A DNA stretch of 33,254 nt. Source: Candidatus Hadarchaeales archaeon. Its GTDB lineage: Archaea > Hadarchaeota > Hadarchaeia > Hadarchaeales > Hadarchaeaceae. The stretch lies in contig JAVZGN010000012.1 in assembly GCA_038872135.1 (NCBI GenBank), positions 1 through 33,254 of the forward strand, read 5' to 3'. The first letter of the stretch is position 1. The number at the start of each line of letters is the position of its first letter. Of this stretch, positions 20,873-31,500 are shown one piece after another. The notes beneath the pieces are model-generated. The model was not told the DNA's origin, ran no database searches, and was given only the letters and a program-made list of their open reading frames with translations. The position numbers and the translations under genes are program-made.

Positions 20873-21477
20873 TTTCATTGAAGGTTTTTGGCGAGTGGGA
20901 TACAGAGGGAGTGGTTGTGCATGATCCCGGGCTGAAGAGGTATCTAAACCTTCAACCGAGAATAGTTTTTCACCAAGGAGGAAGGCATGCAAAAAAGCAG
21001 TTCAAGAAGTCGGAAGTTCCTATCATAGAAAGACTGATGAACAAGCTCATGCGTTCTGGGCCGGGCGCTAGGAGGTTGAAAGGAAAGGTGATTAGGGGTG
21101 GAGGAGCAACGGGAAAGAAGATGAAAGCTTATAAAATCGTCCAGAGAGCCCTAAAGATAGTTCACGAGAGGACCAAGAAAAATCCAATCCAGGTGCTGGT
21201 CGATGCCATCCAGCACTCCGCCCCTAGGGAGGAGACAACAAGAATAACCTATGGTGGAATAACATATTATGTCGCAGTTGACTCGGCCCCCCAAAGAAGA
21301 CTTGACATTGCGCTGAGGAATTTGGCCGCAGGAGCATATGCTGCATCATTTTCGAATCCAAAGCCAATCGAGGAATGTCTTGCGGAAGAGATAATTCTTG
21401 CGGCCAACAACGATGTGAAAAGTTTTGCAGTTTCCCAAAAAGAAGAAATTGAAAGAATCGCAAAGGGGGCACGTTAG
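20869..21477 (+). CDS. rps7: 30S ribosomal protein uS7
   Basis: [38 protein letters not shown] and ERIAKGAR motifs. Confidence 0.97.
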   Translation: MISLKVFGEWDTEGVVVHDPGLKRYLNLQPRIVFHQGGRHAKKQFKKSEVPIIERLMNKLMRSGPGARRLKGKVIRGGGATGKKMKAYKIVQRALKIVHERTKKNPIQVLVDAIQHSAPREETTRITYGGITYYVAVDSAPQRRLDIALRNLAAGAYAASFSNPKPIEECLAEEIILAANNDVKSFAVSQKEEIERIAKGAR

Positions 21478-21478
21478 G

Positions 21479-21517
21479 TTTATAAATGCGTGTGAAAAAG
21501 AAAAATGGCAGGAGGTA
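21479..21517 (+). promoter_or_regulatory. Internal TATA box and Shine-Dalgarno site for tuf
   Basis: TTTATAAA at 21479-21486 and AGGAGGT just upstream of ATG 21522. Confidence 0.55.
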
Positions 21518-21521
21518 GAAC

Positions 21522-22784
21522 ATGGCTAAACCGCACTTAAACTTGGTAACAATAGGGCATGTGGATCACGGGAAATCTACAACCATGGGTAGGATGCTCT
21601 ACGAAAAGGGAGTGGTGAAAGACGAGGATATAAGGAAATTCGAGGAGATGGGAGACAAAGGAAAAAGCTTCAAGTTTGCCTGGGTCATGGATGCCCTCAA
21701 GGAAGAGAGGGAGAGAGGGCTGACAATCGACCTAGCTCATAAAAAATTTGAGACAGACAAGTACTATTTCACGATTATCGATGCTCCAGGCCACAGGGAT
21801 TTCGTCAAGAATATGATAACTGGGGCAAGTCAAGCTGATGCAGCAATCCTTGTTGTGGCGGCAGATGATGGAATAATGCCGCAGACAAGAGAGCATGCGG
21901 CGTTGGCCTTTACCCTTGGAGTTAATCAGCTGATAGTCGCCATAAACAAAATGGACCTTGTTGAATACAAGCAGGAGGTTTTTGAGAAATTAAAAAAGGA
22001 AGTTCTTGATCTTTTGAGGGCTGTGGGATATAGAAACGCAGATAAATTTGTGTTTGTTCCAATTGCAGCTTTTCATGGTGAAAATGTGACCAAAAGGAGC
22101 GACAAAATGAAATGGTACACGGGGCCAGTGCTCTATGAGGCTCTCGACAGCTTCCAAGTGCCGGAAAAGCCAATTGATAAACCGCTCAGGCTTCCGGTTC
22201 AGGATGTTTATTCAATAACTGGTGTTGGAACAGTTCCAGTTGGAAGGGTGGAAACAGGGGTCCTGAAAGAAGGGGACACAATCGTTTTTGAGCCAGCGGG
22301 GGTGAAGGGAGAAGTAAAATCAATTGAAATGCACCACGAGAAAATACCGAAAGCAGAGCCGGGAGACAACATAGGATTTAATGTTCGAGGCGTTGATAAA
22401 AACGCGATTAAGAGGGGAGATGTCGTTGGTCACCCAGACAAGCCGCCGACGGTTGTGAGTGAATTTAAGGCGAGAATTGCAGTGCTTCAGCACCCGACTG
22501 CGATCGCTGCAGGTTATTCACCAGTCTTCCATGTTCACACAGCACAGGTTGCATGCAGGATTACTCAGATTTTGAACAAGCTTGACCCAAAAACTGGTGA
22601 GCCAGTTGAGCAGAATCCACAGTTCATAAAGAAGGGGGACATGGCCACGATAGTTGTGACTCCCTCCAGACCTCTCGTGATTGAGAGAGCCTCAGATTTC
22701 CCGCAGCTGAGCAGGTTTGCCATTAGAGACATGGGGATGACGATCGCTGCCGGGGTGTGTATTGAGGTAACTCCCGGGAAGTAG
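21522..22784 (+). CDS. tuf: Elongation factor 1-alpha (aEF-1A)
   Basis: [42 protein letters not shown] and RFAIRDMG motifs. Confidence 0.99.
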   Translation: MAKPHLNLVTIGHVDHGKSTTMGRMLYEKGVVKDEDIRKFEEMGDKGKSFKFAWVMDALKEERERGLTIDLAHKKFETDKYYFTIIDAPGHRDFVKNMITGASQADAAILVVAADDGIMPQTREHAALAFTLGVNQLIVAINKMDLVEYKQEVFEKLKKEVLDLLRAVGYRNADKFVFVPIAAFHGENVTKRSDKMKWYTGPVLYEALDSFQVPEKPIDKPLRLPVQDVYSITGVGTVPVGRVETGVLKEGDTIVFEPAGVKGEVKSIEMHHEKIPKAEPGDNIGFNVRGVDKNAIKRGDVVGHPDKPPTVVSEFKARIAVLQHPTAIAAGYSPVFHVHTAQVACRITQILNKLDPKTGEPVEQNPQFIKKGDMATIVVTPSRPLVIERASDFPQLSRFAIRDMGMTIAAGVCIEVTPGK

Positions 22785-22786
22785 GT

Positions 22787-22811
22787 ATTTTTATTCTCTT
22801 CTCTCAGTTTT
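22787..22811 (+). terminator. Pyrimidine/T-rich tract after tuf, possible partial intrinsic terminator
   Basis: ATTTTTATTCTCTTCTCTCAGTTTT directly after the tuf stop in an otherwise purine-rich strand. Confidence 0.35.
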
Positions 22812-22822
22812 AGGGGATACAA

Positions 22823-23131
22823 TTGCAGAAGGCTAGGATAAAACTTTCCAGCATCGACCTGCAGAAGTTGGAGGAGGTCTGTGGACAGATAAGGTCAATC
22901 GCAGAACAGGCGGGGATAGAGAAGAGAGGGCCTGTTCCCCTTCCCACCAAGAAGATCAGAATAACAACAAGAAAATCCCCAGATGCAGAGGGGACCATAA
23001 CTTGGGATAGATGGGAGATGAGGATTCACAAGCGGCTTATAGACATTCAGGCGGATGAAAGGGTTCTGAGGCAGTTAATGAGAATACACATTCCAGAAGA
23101 AGTTTCAATTGAGATTGAGTTTAGGAGTTGA
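22823..23131 (+). CDS. rps10: 30S ribosomal protein uS10 (TTG start)
   Basis: [14 protein letters not shown] and [11 protein letters not shown] motifs. Confidence 0.97.
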   Translation: MQKARIKLSSIDLQKLEEVCGQIRSIAEQAGIEKRGPVPLPTKKIRITTRKSPDAEGTITWDRWEMRIHKRLIDIQADERVLRQLMRIHIPEEVSIEIEFRS

Positions 23132-23905
23132 TTTCCGACCACTTTTTATTTCATTAAATATCTCTATTGGCTCTGGGACGGCGATCCCAGTTTTTTTGAA
23201 ATATCTAACCAAGTTCTGGATATCTCTCATGAGCAGGTGGTCGGCCATCGGATTTCTGATGTCGGTAGCCATCGAAAAATCGATGATGACAGGATCTGGT
23301 GTCAGCAGGACATTGTACTCGCTGAAATCTGAGTGCACGAGCCCGGCCCTGTTATAGAGGATGTCCAAGCTCTCGCACAGCTGTTTGAAGACTTTTTTAG
23401 GCGCTTTTGGTGGGACATCTTTCATTTTTGGGTACGGGACGCCATTCTCACCTATGAATTCCATCACCAAGATGTTTTTTTCATAGTCGATTGGCGCAGG
23501 GACCGGCACACCAGCATCGTGAGCCCTCTGCAAATTTTTGTATTCTCTGGAGGCCCACATAAAAACTATTCCTCGTTCATCTTTTGGAATCCTGTGAAAT
23601 CTTGGATCTGCGGCCATGTACCTATACTTTGTTTTAAAGTCTGTCGTGGCGATCCGGTATATTTTAACAGCGACAAAATTTCCATTCTTGTCTAGAGCAC
23701 AAAAGATGTTGGCCTCCTTCCCGGTCGACACGACTCCATAGAAGATATCCATGACACCTCGATTTACCAATTTATATAGAGTGAGAAGCGTTGAGTGGTC
23801 AAAGACCATTTCCATTAGTTTAAAGGTTTCAGAATCCTTCTCAAGCCTTTCAAACTTTCTCTGCTCGAGCTTTTTCAGTAGCTCTGCTTCTCTCCCAGGG
23901 GTCAT
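23105..23905 (-). CDS. rio1: RIO1 atypical serine kinase
   Basis: [34 protein letters not shown] and IIDFS motifs. ATG 23905 overlaps the aIF-1A stop. Confidence 0.95.
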   Translation of the reverse strand: MTPGREAELLKKLEQRKFERLEKDSETFKLMEMVFDHSTLLTLYKLVNRGVMDIFYGVVSTGKEANIFCALDKNGNFVAVKIYRIATTDFKTKYRYMAADPRFHRIPKDERGIVFMWASREYKNLQRAHDAGVPVPAPIDYEKNILVMEFIGENGVPYPKMKDVPPKAPKKVFKQLCESLDILYNRAGLVHSDFSEYNVLLTPDPVIIDFSMATDIRNPMADHLLMRDIQNLVRYFKKTGIAVPEPIEIFNEIKSGRKSTPKLNLN

Positions 23906-24186
23906 TCCCACAGGCCTCTTTTCTTAAGCCATTCTGCCTGGGTCTTCGTGTATCTGAAAATGATGTCACCTCTTTCTTCCCCCTGAACTGGCCATGGCTT
24001 CACGACTACCACATCTCCCTCCCTCACCCACATCCTTTTTCTCATCCTGCCCGGGATCCTGCAGTTTCTTACATGGCCATCCCTGCATCTCACCCTGAGG
24101 CGGTCAAATCCAAACATCTGATCCACAACGCCGAGTATTTCATTACCCTTCGGGATGTAGAGCTTCTGCTCCTCCTCTTCAGGCAT
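23902..24186 (-). CDS. eif1a: Translation initiation factor aIF-1A
   Basis: [32 protein letters not shown] and GDIIFRYT motifs. Confidence 0.97.
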   Translation of the reverse strand: MPEEEEQKLYIPKGNEILGVVDQMFGFDRLRVRCRDGHVRNCRIPGRMRKRMWVREGDVVVVKPWPVQGEERGDIIFRYTKTQAEWLKKRGLWE

Positions 24187-24189
24187 CTT

Positions 24190-25680
24190 TCACCCCCTTT
24201 TTCTGTCCCAAAGAAGCCGGTTGACGCCGTTGAGGACAGCTTGGACGCTCGCCATGATTATATCTCCGCTCGTTCCTCTGGCAGTAACGAGCTTTTTTCC
24301 ATCCGAAAGCTTTACTATCACATTCACAACTGCATCGGTGCCGCCGGAAATAGCATCAACGTGGAATTCCTGGAGGCGAATGTTGGATGTCTCCTCGACA
24401 ACCTTTCTGATGGCATTCATTGCTGCATCCACTGGCCCAACGCCGAAGCCAGATTCCACCATATCTTTTCCATTAACTTTTACCCTCACTGAAGCAGTGG
24501 GCGTAATCTTGTTGCCGCTTACTACCGTCAATTCCTCAAGTTTTATTACCTCCTCAAACCTGGCCCCCATGATCGAGTCTATGATTGACCGCAGATCTGT
24601 GTCCGTGACAAGCTTTCCGCTGTCTCCTAGGCGCTTCACTTGGTTGAATATTTCTTGAACTTCTTTTTTTGTGAACTTGAAACCAAGCTTTTTTAGCTCA
24701 TTCTCTATCGCATGTGAACCAACATGCTTTCCGAAGACTATCCTCCGCCTCTGGCCGACCATCTCTGGAGAAATCGGCTCATAGGTTGGTGGATACTTGA
24801 GAACGCCGTGAGTGTGGATGCCAGCTTCATGGGCAAATGCATTCTCGCCGACTATCGGTTTTAGGGGAGAAATCGGAAATTTGGTGAGTTTCTCAACGAG
24901 CTTTGATGTAGGGTAGAGCTGTTTAAACTTTATTCTTGTTTGTTTTCCCAGAAAGCGGTGGACGCCGAGGACAACTTCCTCCAGCGAGGCGTTGCCCCCT
25001 CTCTCCCCAAGGCCATTCACCGTTACATGCACTTCTTTCGCTCCACCCTCAACAGCCGCCAGGGTGTTTGCGGTTGCAAGACCGAGGTCGTTGTGGCAGT
25101 GGGTGGCAAGGGGGAGCTTCAGCTGGCTGGAGAAAAATGAAAACATCTCTTTGGCCCGGTTTGGAGATAGAACTCCGACGGTGTCGCAGAGGCAGGCCCT
25201 GTGAACCCCGATTTCTTCGGCCCCCTTCAGGAGCTCCAGCAGAAACTTTTCATCGGCCCTGCTGGCATCTTCAGCCGAAAATTCAACCTTCAACCCGTGA
25301 TCAATTGCATACTCTGCTGCATCATAGGCCATTTTCTTTACATCGTTTCTTTTCTTCCCAAGCTTGTGGAGGATGTGAATGTCTGAAGATGGAACCACCA
25401 GATGGACGCTATCTACCTCACATTCCAGCGCAGCATCGACATCGGTTCTGAGCGCCCTAGCAAAGCTGCAGATTTCTGCGTCGAGACCCGCTTTCGCTAT
25501 ACTTTTTATTGCTTTCTTTTCTCCCTCTGAGGTTATGGCGGCTCCAGCTTCGATAATGTCCACACCGATCTCGTCCAGCGCTCGAGCGATTTCCAATTTT
25601 TCCACTGGCGTAAGTGCTATTCCTGGCGTCTGCTCTCCATCCCTCAGCGTGGTGTCCAGCACTGTTATTAGATTTTTCAT
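24190..25680 (-). CDS. cimA: (R)-citramalate synthase (LeuA/CimA family)
   Basis: DTTLRDGEQTPG, HCHND and a C-terminal LeuA dimerisation domain. EAGAAITS and VDSVHLVVP match my recollection of methanogen CimA better than LeuA. ATG 25680 follows AGGTGAGG. Confidence 0.82.
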   Translation of the reverse strand: MKNLITVLDTTLRDGEQTPGIALTPVEKLEIARALDEIGVDIIEAGAAITSEGEKKAIKSIAKAGLDAEICSFARALRTDVDAALECEVDSVHLVVPSSDIHILHKLGKKRNDVKKMAYDAAEYAIDHGLKVEFSAEDASRADEKFLLELLKGAEEIGVHRACLCDTVGVLSPNRAKEMFSFFSSQLKLPLATHCHNDLGLATANTLAAVEGGAKEVHVTVNGLGERGGNASLEEVVLGVHRFLGKQTRIKFKQLYPTSKLVEKLTKFPISPLKPIVGENAFAHEAGIHTHGVLKYPPTYEPISPEMVGQRRRIVFGKHVGSHAIENELKKLGFKFTKKEVQEIFNQVKRLGDSGKLVTDTDLRSIIDSIMGARFEEVIKLEELTVVSGNKITPTASVRVKVNGKDMVESGFGVGPVDAAMNAIRKVVEETSNIRLQEFHVDAISGGTDAVVNVIVKLSDGKKLVTARGTSGDIIMASVQAVLNGVNRLLWDRKRG

Positions 25681-25728
25681 ATGCTTCCTCACCTAATACA
25701 TGGTTTTGGACTATTAAACCAATCTTGT

Positions 25729-26757
25729 TTATCGATGTGTACTTAGCATTCTCTTCAATCCGAGGGAAGAGAGGATGCCTGCCCCAAGCAAGGTTCCAAA
25801 TATGAGTGTTATTCCCCTATCGATGAGAGTTGCGCTCACTGCCACCTCAAGTGGCATGCCGAAAAACAAAAATATTGAGGCGAGGGTGGCGTCGACTGTC
25901 CCGATGCCTCCCGGGAGAAGAGGGATGAGCCCAACGATTGAGGGCAAAGTCACGGCCAGCATGAGCATGGTTAAGGGCGGGAAGTGGCCAAGCGCAAGGA
26001 ACACAAACAGTAGCCTAATCATTCCAGAAGCCCACAGGAAGATGGATAAAATAGCAAGCCTGCTAGAAACTCTGAAGTTTCCTAGGATGGAGTCGCAACC
26101 GAGATAAAATGCGCCGATCCATTCCTTAATGGGCTTTCTCCTCACCTTTCTTTTCAGCCCCTTGAAAATTTTTATCGCAAGCCTCTCCAGCCCAGTTGCT
26201 CCAACCTTTCTGTTGACCAAGTGATATAAGGCTGATGCGAGGAGTTCTAGCAAAACGAGCCATCCAGCAACGATCAACACAGCGACCCACAGCTCATTTA
26301 CAGAGAGGGCGAGAGCGATCATGAGAAGTGAGAAGAAGATTGGAAGGTCTATCAAGAGTTCTACTATAATTGTGGCGAAGCCAACGGAGTAGGGAACTCT
26401 CAAAACTTTTTTTGAAAGGTAGCTTCTGGCAATTGGGTCTCCTCCAGCATACGTAAGGGGGGTGATGTTGGTTATGAATATTCCGCTGAGGATTGTTGCG
26501 TAAATTCTATGGATTGGTAATGGATATCCAAGTGTTTTCAGGGAAATCCTCCACCTGGCAGACCATATAAGCAGGCCGAAGAGGTATATACCCATTGCAA
26601 ACGCAACGAAGCAATAGTCTGCGTTTTGAAGGGCAGCAATGATTTTTCCTAGGTTCTCTCTAAATAGGAAGATGAGAAGGAGGGCGATTATCCCAATGAT
26701 GAAGAGAGCGGAAAGGGTAACTCTTTTGAGCCTGCTGGGCCCTGATTTCTGCTTCAT
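25729..26757 (-). CDS. UPF0104 / lysylphosphatidylglycerol-synthase TM-domain (putative flippase) membrane protein
   Basis: Polytopic protein with RW, NITP...GGDPIARSY, PLLPGGIG and ATLIDRGIT motifs. Confidence 0.87.
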   Translation of the reverse strand: MKQKSGPSRLKRVTLSALFIIGIIALLLIFLFRENLGKIIAALQNADYCFVAFAMGIYLFGLLIWSARWRISLKTLGYPLPIHRIYATILSGIFITNITPLTYAGGDPIARSYLSKKVLRVPYSVGFATIIVELLIDLPIFFSLLMIALALSVNELWVAVLIVAGWLVLLELLASALYHLVNRKVGATGLERLAIKIFKGLKRKVRRKPIKEWIGAFYLGCDSILGNFRVSSRLAILSIFLWASGMIRLLFVFLALGHFPPLTMLMLAVTLPSIVGLIPLLPGGIGTVDATLASIFLFFGMPLEVAVSATLIDRGITLIFGTLLGAGILSSLGLKRMLSTHR

Positions 26758-26809
26758 CCCATCAAAATCAGATTGTTCAGGAGGAGAAAAAGATAGAGGT
26801 TGAAGCCAT

Positions 26810-27988
26810 TCATCCCCTCAGAAATGTGATGAGGTTTTTCAGGAGGGATGTTGCGCCAACTCTCCTCAGAAGAGCCGGTACTTTTGGGAAGAGGGCTTTT
26901 ATGAGTTCTCCATGTTTATCAAAATCAAACCTTTCTTCGCAGATTTCTCTGATTTCTTTTTCTTCCAGAATTTTCACAACCGCAGAAATCTCTTCATCAG
27001 ATAATCTCCTCATGATTGCAGCAGCCCTGCGCTCCAGCTCAATCCCCCTGCCGAACCTCTTCATCACAGCGAAGCTGTAGTCTTTTGGAGCGTTCTGCCA
27101 TTTCCTTTTCAGGATAACATCTGCTGCTATCCTTGCAGATGAAAGTCCGAGGTAAATCCCGCCGCCGGTGAGGGGTTTTACCTGGCCGGCCGCATCTCCC
27201 ACCAGCATCACCCCATCCCCGCAAATTTTTCTCAAAAATGGCGGTGGAATTGCTCCCGCGCAAAAGTGGGTTTCCTTTGTGGGAAGAAATTTCGTGGCTG
27301 CCGGATGGATTTTAAGGAATTCACTGAGGAGATTGATGGGATTGCCTTCAACACAGCCGAGGCCAACCCTGCACATCCCCCCCGCTTTTACCCCCCATCC
27401 AAAAAATCCACTGAAAAACCTCCTTCCGAGGTAAATTTCTGCAACATCCTTCGGAAGGTGCCCGCAAATCTCCACCTGCGCGCAGTTGACATAGCTCGCG
27501 GGTTTTCCGTTTTCGATGCTTTTCCACACGACTGATGCAGGGCCATCAGCGCCGACCACCAAAGAAGCCGAAATCTTCCCCGAGGTTCCACCCGTTACTT
27601 TGATCTGCGGGGGTTGTCCACTTTTCACCGCCGAACATCTCGTCTTCAGCAGAAATCTTGCACCAGCTCTTGCAGCTTCCACCGCAAGCGTTCTATCGAA
27701 CTCTGCCCGGTCGATGACATATGCAACCGCTTTTTTCTTTCCGATTTCAACTGGAGCACCCGATGGCGGGTATATCTTTGCTCTTCTGAGTTTTCCCAGC
27801 ACCCACCTTCCCGGCCTGATGCCGATCTCTTTCAGCCCATTAATTCCAACAATTCCTGCGCAACAGACTGGATTTCCAATTTCCGCATGTTCTTCTACAA
27901 CAATAACGTCGATCTCGTTCTCAGAAAGGAGTTTTGCCAGGAAGCAGCCAGCAGGGCCGCCGCCGACTATAACCACATCGGTTTTCAT
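26810..27988 (-). CDS. Geranylgeranyl reductase family flavoprotein (archaeal lipid saturation)
   Basis: DVVIVGGGPAG, PVCCAG, IDRAEFDR, VGADG and LVGDAAGQVKPLTGGGI motifs. Confidence 0.9.
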   Translation of the reverse strand: MKTDVVIVGGGPAGCFLAKLLSENEIDVIVVEEHAEIGNPVCCAGIVGINGLKEIGIRPGRWVLGKLRRAKIYPPSGAPVEIGKKKAVAYVIDRAEFDRTLAVEAARAGARFLLKTRCSAVKSGQPPQIKVTGGTSGKISASLVVGADGPASVVWKSIENGKPASYVNCAQVEICGHLPKDVAEIYLGRRFFSGFFGWGVKAGGMCRVGLGCVEGNPINLLSEFLKIHPAATKFLPTKETHFCAGAIPPPFLRKICGDGVMLVGDAAGQVKPLTGGGIYLGLSSARIAADVILKRKWQNAPKDYSFAVMKRFGRGIELERRAAAIMRRLSDEEISAVVKILEEKEIREICEERFDFDKHGELIKALFPKVPALLRRVGATSLLKNLITFLRG

Positions 27989-28042
27989 CGCTACCCCACC
28001 TTTTTATTTCCATGGTTAGTTAAGTCTACCTAGGATGAAAGA

Positions 28043-28588
28043 ATGCTGGAGACGATAGGATACCTGCTGGCGGGGCTCTTCATAGTTTTGGTTCCCGGGG
28101 CGCTGTTTTCAATAGCCCTCTGGCCGGAGGACTCCATGAGCGTATGGAGCAGGCTTGGAGCAAGTGTATGTTTGGGCTTCATGCTTCTTCTCTACACCGT
28201 CTGGGCGCTAGCGAGCGTCGGGAGCTTCTTCTTCCACACCACCTTCCTCGCAGCGGCTGGTCTTTCCATAGGATTGTTCATAATTTCCCTCCTTCGGGGA
28301 GGGGGGGAGCTGATAGAGGCCTATGCAAGAGGGGCCATAAGAATTTTGCGTGGAGCTAGGGTAAAGATGGGGCGCGTTGGTAGAAGGCTCAGGCAAGCAA
28401 AAAAGCCTGTTCCAGCACCTCCTCTACCATCAGAGGCTCCAAAACCTGAGGTCATGCCCCCTTCTCAGCCACAGCCCCCGGCGCAGGAACCTGGAGCATC
28501 CCCGCAGCTCCAAGAGCAGAAATTGGGGGTACATCCACCGTCACAGCCAGTCCCGGAAAAGCGCGAAGGGCAGCCAGCGGGAGGATAG
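28043..28588 (+). CDS. Hypothetical membrane protein (about 3 TM helices, DUF1616-like start) with Pro/Gln-rich C-terminal tail
   Basis: Hydrophobic N-terminal half with VLVPG...LWP, then a basic segment and a low-complexity tail containing PPSQP twice. Confidence 0.7.
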   Translation: MLETIGYLLAGLFIVLVPGALFSIALWPEDSMSVWSRLGASVCLGFMLLLYTVWALASVGSFFFHTTFLAAAGLSIGLFIISLLRGGGELIEAYARGAIRILRGARVKMGRVGRRLRQAKKPVPAPPLPSEAPKPEVMPPSQPQPPAQEPGASPQLQEQKLGVHPPSQPVPEKREGQPAGG

Positions 28589-28596
28589 GAGGACCG

Positions 28597-28953
28597 ATGT
28601 TCAGATATAAGCAGGCCATTGTTGTTAGGGAGGATCTTGGGATGAGTCCTGGAAAGCTTGCAGCTCAGGTTGCCCACGGTGCTGTTGCAGCCGCGGAAAA
28701 AACCAGGAGGGAAAACCCGGAATGGTTTAAAGGCTGGCTCAGGGAGGGGCAGAAAAAGGTTGTGTTGGCGGCTAAAAATGAGAAAGAGCTAAGGAAGCTG
28801 TGGGCAGAGGCATCTGAGAGAGGGATATCGTGCGAGCTCATAGAGGATGCTGGTCTCACGGAGCTACCGCCGGGAACAGTGACGGTAGTTGGCATCGGCC
28901 CAGCCCCCTCAGAAAAAGTAGATGAGATAACTGGAAAACTTCCTCTTCTCTGA
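28597..28953 (+). CDS. pth2: Peptidyl-tRNA hydrolase Pth2
   Basis: YKQAIVVREDLGMSPGKLAAQVAH, GQKKVVL, DAGLTE and GIGP motifs. Confidence 0.97.
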   Translation: MFRYKQAIVVREDLGMSPGKLAAQVAHGAVAAAEKTRRENPEWFKGWLREGQKKVVLAAKNEKELRKLWAEASERGISCELIEDAGLTELPPGTVTVVGIGPAPSEKVDEITGKLPLL

Positions 28954-28962
28954 GCTGGTCCC

Positions 28963-29937
28963 ATGGATCTCGCCTCAGCTGGAGAAAGAAAAGTTGTTCA
29001 GCTTGCTAGACAAATTTTTAAGAAGAGGAAGTGGGTGGAGGTTGGGATTGGAGATGACTCTGCAGTTGTGAGGCTTTTGGGGAAAAGGGTCGTCCTCACA
29101 ACCGACATGTTTGTTGAGGACGTTCATTTTCTTCCCGGGGCCGCGCCGGAGCATTTGGCCAGAAAGGTTGTTGTGGCAACGCTGAGTGATTTGGCAGCAA
29201 TGGGCGCAAGACCGGTGGCCCTCCTTTTCTCGGTAGGGCTTCCTAGGAGCACCAGCTTTTCATTCGTCAGAAGGATGATGCAGGAGATGAACAGGGTGGC
29301 GCTGGAGAATTCTGCGCCTGTAGTTGGCGGAGATGTAGACGAAAGCGAGAAGATAGTGGTTGCCGGGGCTGGAGTTGGGGAAGCAGGAAAACATATAATA
29401 AGGCGTTCGGGGGCGAGGCCGGGCGACCTAATAGCTGTTACTGGGACCCTTGGGAAGGCAGCGGCCGGGCTGAAGATTCTCCGCGAAAATATCTCAAGAG
29501 GAAAATTTTCGGCACTGGTAAAAGCTCATCTAGAACCGAAGAGCAGGGTAAGGGAAGGCATAGTTTTGGGAGCGAATGCGGGAGTCACAGCAGCGATAGA
29601 CATCAGCGATGGACTTGCTAAAAATCTTCATCAGCTTGCTGAAGAAAGTGGGGTTCAGATAATAATTGAAGAAGAGAAGATACCGGCCGACCCCCTTGTG
29701 ATAGAATTTTCAAGGGAGCTGGGAATCCCCTCAGAAGAATTTGTGCTTTACGGGGGAGAAGATTTCGAGCTGGCGTTCACTTTTCGGAGAGGAGCGCGGG
29801 TGCTGAAAGCTCTGGAAAAGCTTGGAACAAAAGTTTCTGTAATCGGGAGGGTTGTGCGTGGGAGAGGAGTGATTCTCTCGAGGGAGGGGAAGGGTGAGCG
29901 CCTTTTACCAAAGGGATTTGAGCATTTTCTCACATAG
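28963..29937 (+). CDS. thiL: Thiamine-monophosphate kinase
   Basis: GIGDDSA, TTDMFVEDVHF, SDLAAMGA, DISDGL and GGEDFEL motifs. Confidence 0.95.
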   Translation: MDLASAGERKVVQLARQIFKKRKWVEVGIGDDSAVVRLLGKRVVLTTDMFVEDVHFLPGAAPEHLARKVVVATLSDLAAMGARPVALLFSVGLPRSTSFSFVRRMMQEMNRVALENSAPVVGGDVDESEKIVVAGAGVGEAGKHIIRRSGARPGDLIAVTGTLGKAAAGLKILRENISRGKFSALVKAHLEPKSRVREGIVLGANAGVTAAIDISDGLAKNLHQLAEESGVQIIIEEEKIPADPLVIEFSRELGIPSEEFVLYGGEDFELAFTFRRGARVLKALEKLGTKVSVIGRVVRGRGVILSREGKGERLLPKGFEHFLT

Positions 29938-29993
29938 TCTTCCCTCCATAACGTTCAAAACCACTTATGCATCTTAGTTTTGGAGGCAAGTTG

Positions 29994-31499
29994 ATGCAGG
30001 AGATTTCCCCTCATGAAAAAAAGATTCTGGAGGCGCTGGAGAGGTGCGGTGGAAAGGGAAGCGTAGCAGCCATTTCCGTGGCAGCTTCCATGGATCAGTC
30101 GGCTGTGATGAGAGCGATTCTTTCCCTGAAGGAGAAAGGGATGGTAAATGTTGCTGAGAGGCTTGTCAAAAAGATATCGCTGACGGAAGAGGGACAGAGC
30201 TATGTGAAAGATGGGCTGCCTGAGAAGAGGATGCTAAAAGCTCTTGCGTCCGTTGGTGGCGGGACAGTAGAAGAAATGGCAAAGCTGGCGGGTCTGAGCA
30301 AAGAGCTTGCAGGAGTTGGAGTGGCCTGGCTCGTGCAAAAGAAGTGGTGTTTTTTTGAGAAGGGAATGATGAAAATATCGGAGGCTGGGAGAAAGGCTCT
30401 CGCCGAAAAATCTCCGGAGGAAATCTTATTGGAAAGGCTGGCGAAGGCTCCAGCGGATTACTCTGAACTCTCAGGGGATGAGCAACAGATGGCCAATGTT
30501 CTGATCAGGCGGGGTCTGGCTGAGAGCAGAGAGAGTATCACCCGAGAAGTTGAGATAACTCCCGTTGGAAGGGAGGCCCTTCTACTTGGAATAGAGGTTT
30601 CTGATGTCACCGAGCTCACCCGGGAAATGATAGTGAGCGGAAAGTGGAAAAATGTGAGGTTCAAAAAGTATGTTGTTTCTGCACCCGAGGAGCCTGTCTT
30701 TCCAGCAAAGCTTCACCCTCAGCAAAGGGTCATCAGGGAACTCAGAGAAATTCTCCTAGCGATGGGGTTCATCGAGATAAGAGGGATGGCGGTGGAATCA
30801 GAGTTCAGGAACTTTGATGTTCTCTTCCAAGCGCAGGATCACCCGGCGAGAGAAATCCACGATAGTCTCTCCCTTTCAAAGCCTTCGCGGGCCAGACTGC
30901 CCATGCCGCTTGCAAAGAGGGTCGCCGCCGCTCACGAGAAGGGAGCCGCTGGCTCTAAGGGATGGGGATATAGATTCAGCTTTGATATAAGCAGTCGCCC
31001 TGTCCTCTGCTCCCAGACGACTTCTGCCACGGCGAGATATCTGGCATCCCATCCAGAGCCGCCAGCGAAAGTTTTCTGCATAGACAGAGTCTACCGCCAC
31101 GAGAAAATTGATTACAAACATCTGGCCGAGTTCTACCAGTGTGAAGGGATAGTGATGGAAAAAGACCTCAATCTTTCGGACATGCTGGGATATCTCAAGG
31201 AGATCGCCGAGAAGCTTGGGTTTAAGAAGATTAGGTTCAGGCCAGGTTACTTCCCATTTACAGAACCATCTGTTGAAGCAGATATATACTATGAGAAAAG
31301 GGGAGAGTGGATAGAGGTGCTGGGGGCGGGGATGTTCCGGCCAGAGATGCTGGAGCCGATGGGAATAAAATACCCTGTTCTCGCCTGGGGGATTGGTCTA
31401 ACGAGGCTTGCGATGCTGAAGCTTGGGCTGGATGATATAAGAGATCTGTTCAATAACGACCTGGCCTGGATATCGCGGCGTGCAGTGGGAGGTGGGTGA
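29994..31499 (+). CDS. pheS: Phenylalanine-tRNA ligase alpha subunit (archaeal type)
   Basis: N-terminal winged-helix domains, QDHPAREIHD, RVYRHE, HLAEFYQ, YFPFTEPS and AWGIGLTRLAM. ATG 29994 follows GGAGG. Confidence 0.97.
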   Translation: MQEISPHEKKILEALERCGGKGSVAAISVAASMDQSAVMRAILSLKEKGMVNVAERLVKKISLTEEGQSYVKDGLPEKRMLKALASVGGGTVEEMAKLAGLSKELAGVGVAWLVQKKWCFFEKGMMKISEAGRKALAEKSPEEILLERLAKAPADYSELSGDEQQMANVLIRRGLAESRESITREVEITPVGREALLLGIEVSDVTELTREMIVSGKWKNVRFKKYVVSAPEEPVFPAKLHPQQRVIRELREILLAMGFIEIRGMAVESEFRNFDVLFQAQDHPAREIHDSLSLSKPSRARLPMPLAKRVAAAHEKGAAGSKGWGYRFSFDISSRPVLCSQTTSATARYLASHPEPPAKVFCIDRVYRHEKIDYKHLAEFYQCEGIVMEKDLNLSDMLGYLKEIAEKLGFKKIRFRPGYFPFTEPSVEADIYYEKRGEWIEVLGAGMFRPEMLEPMGIKYPVLAWGIGLTRLAMLKLGLDDIRDLFNNDLAWISRRAVGGG

Positions 31500-31500
31500 A

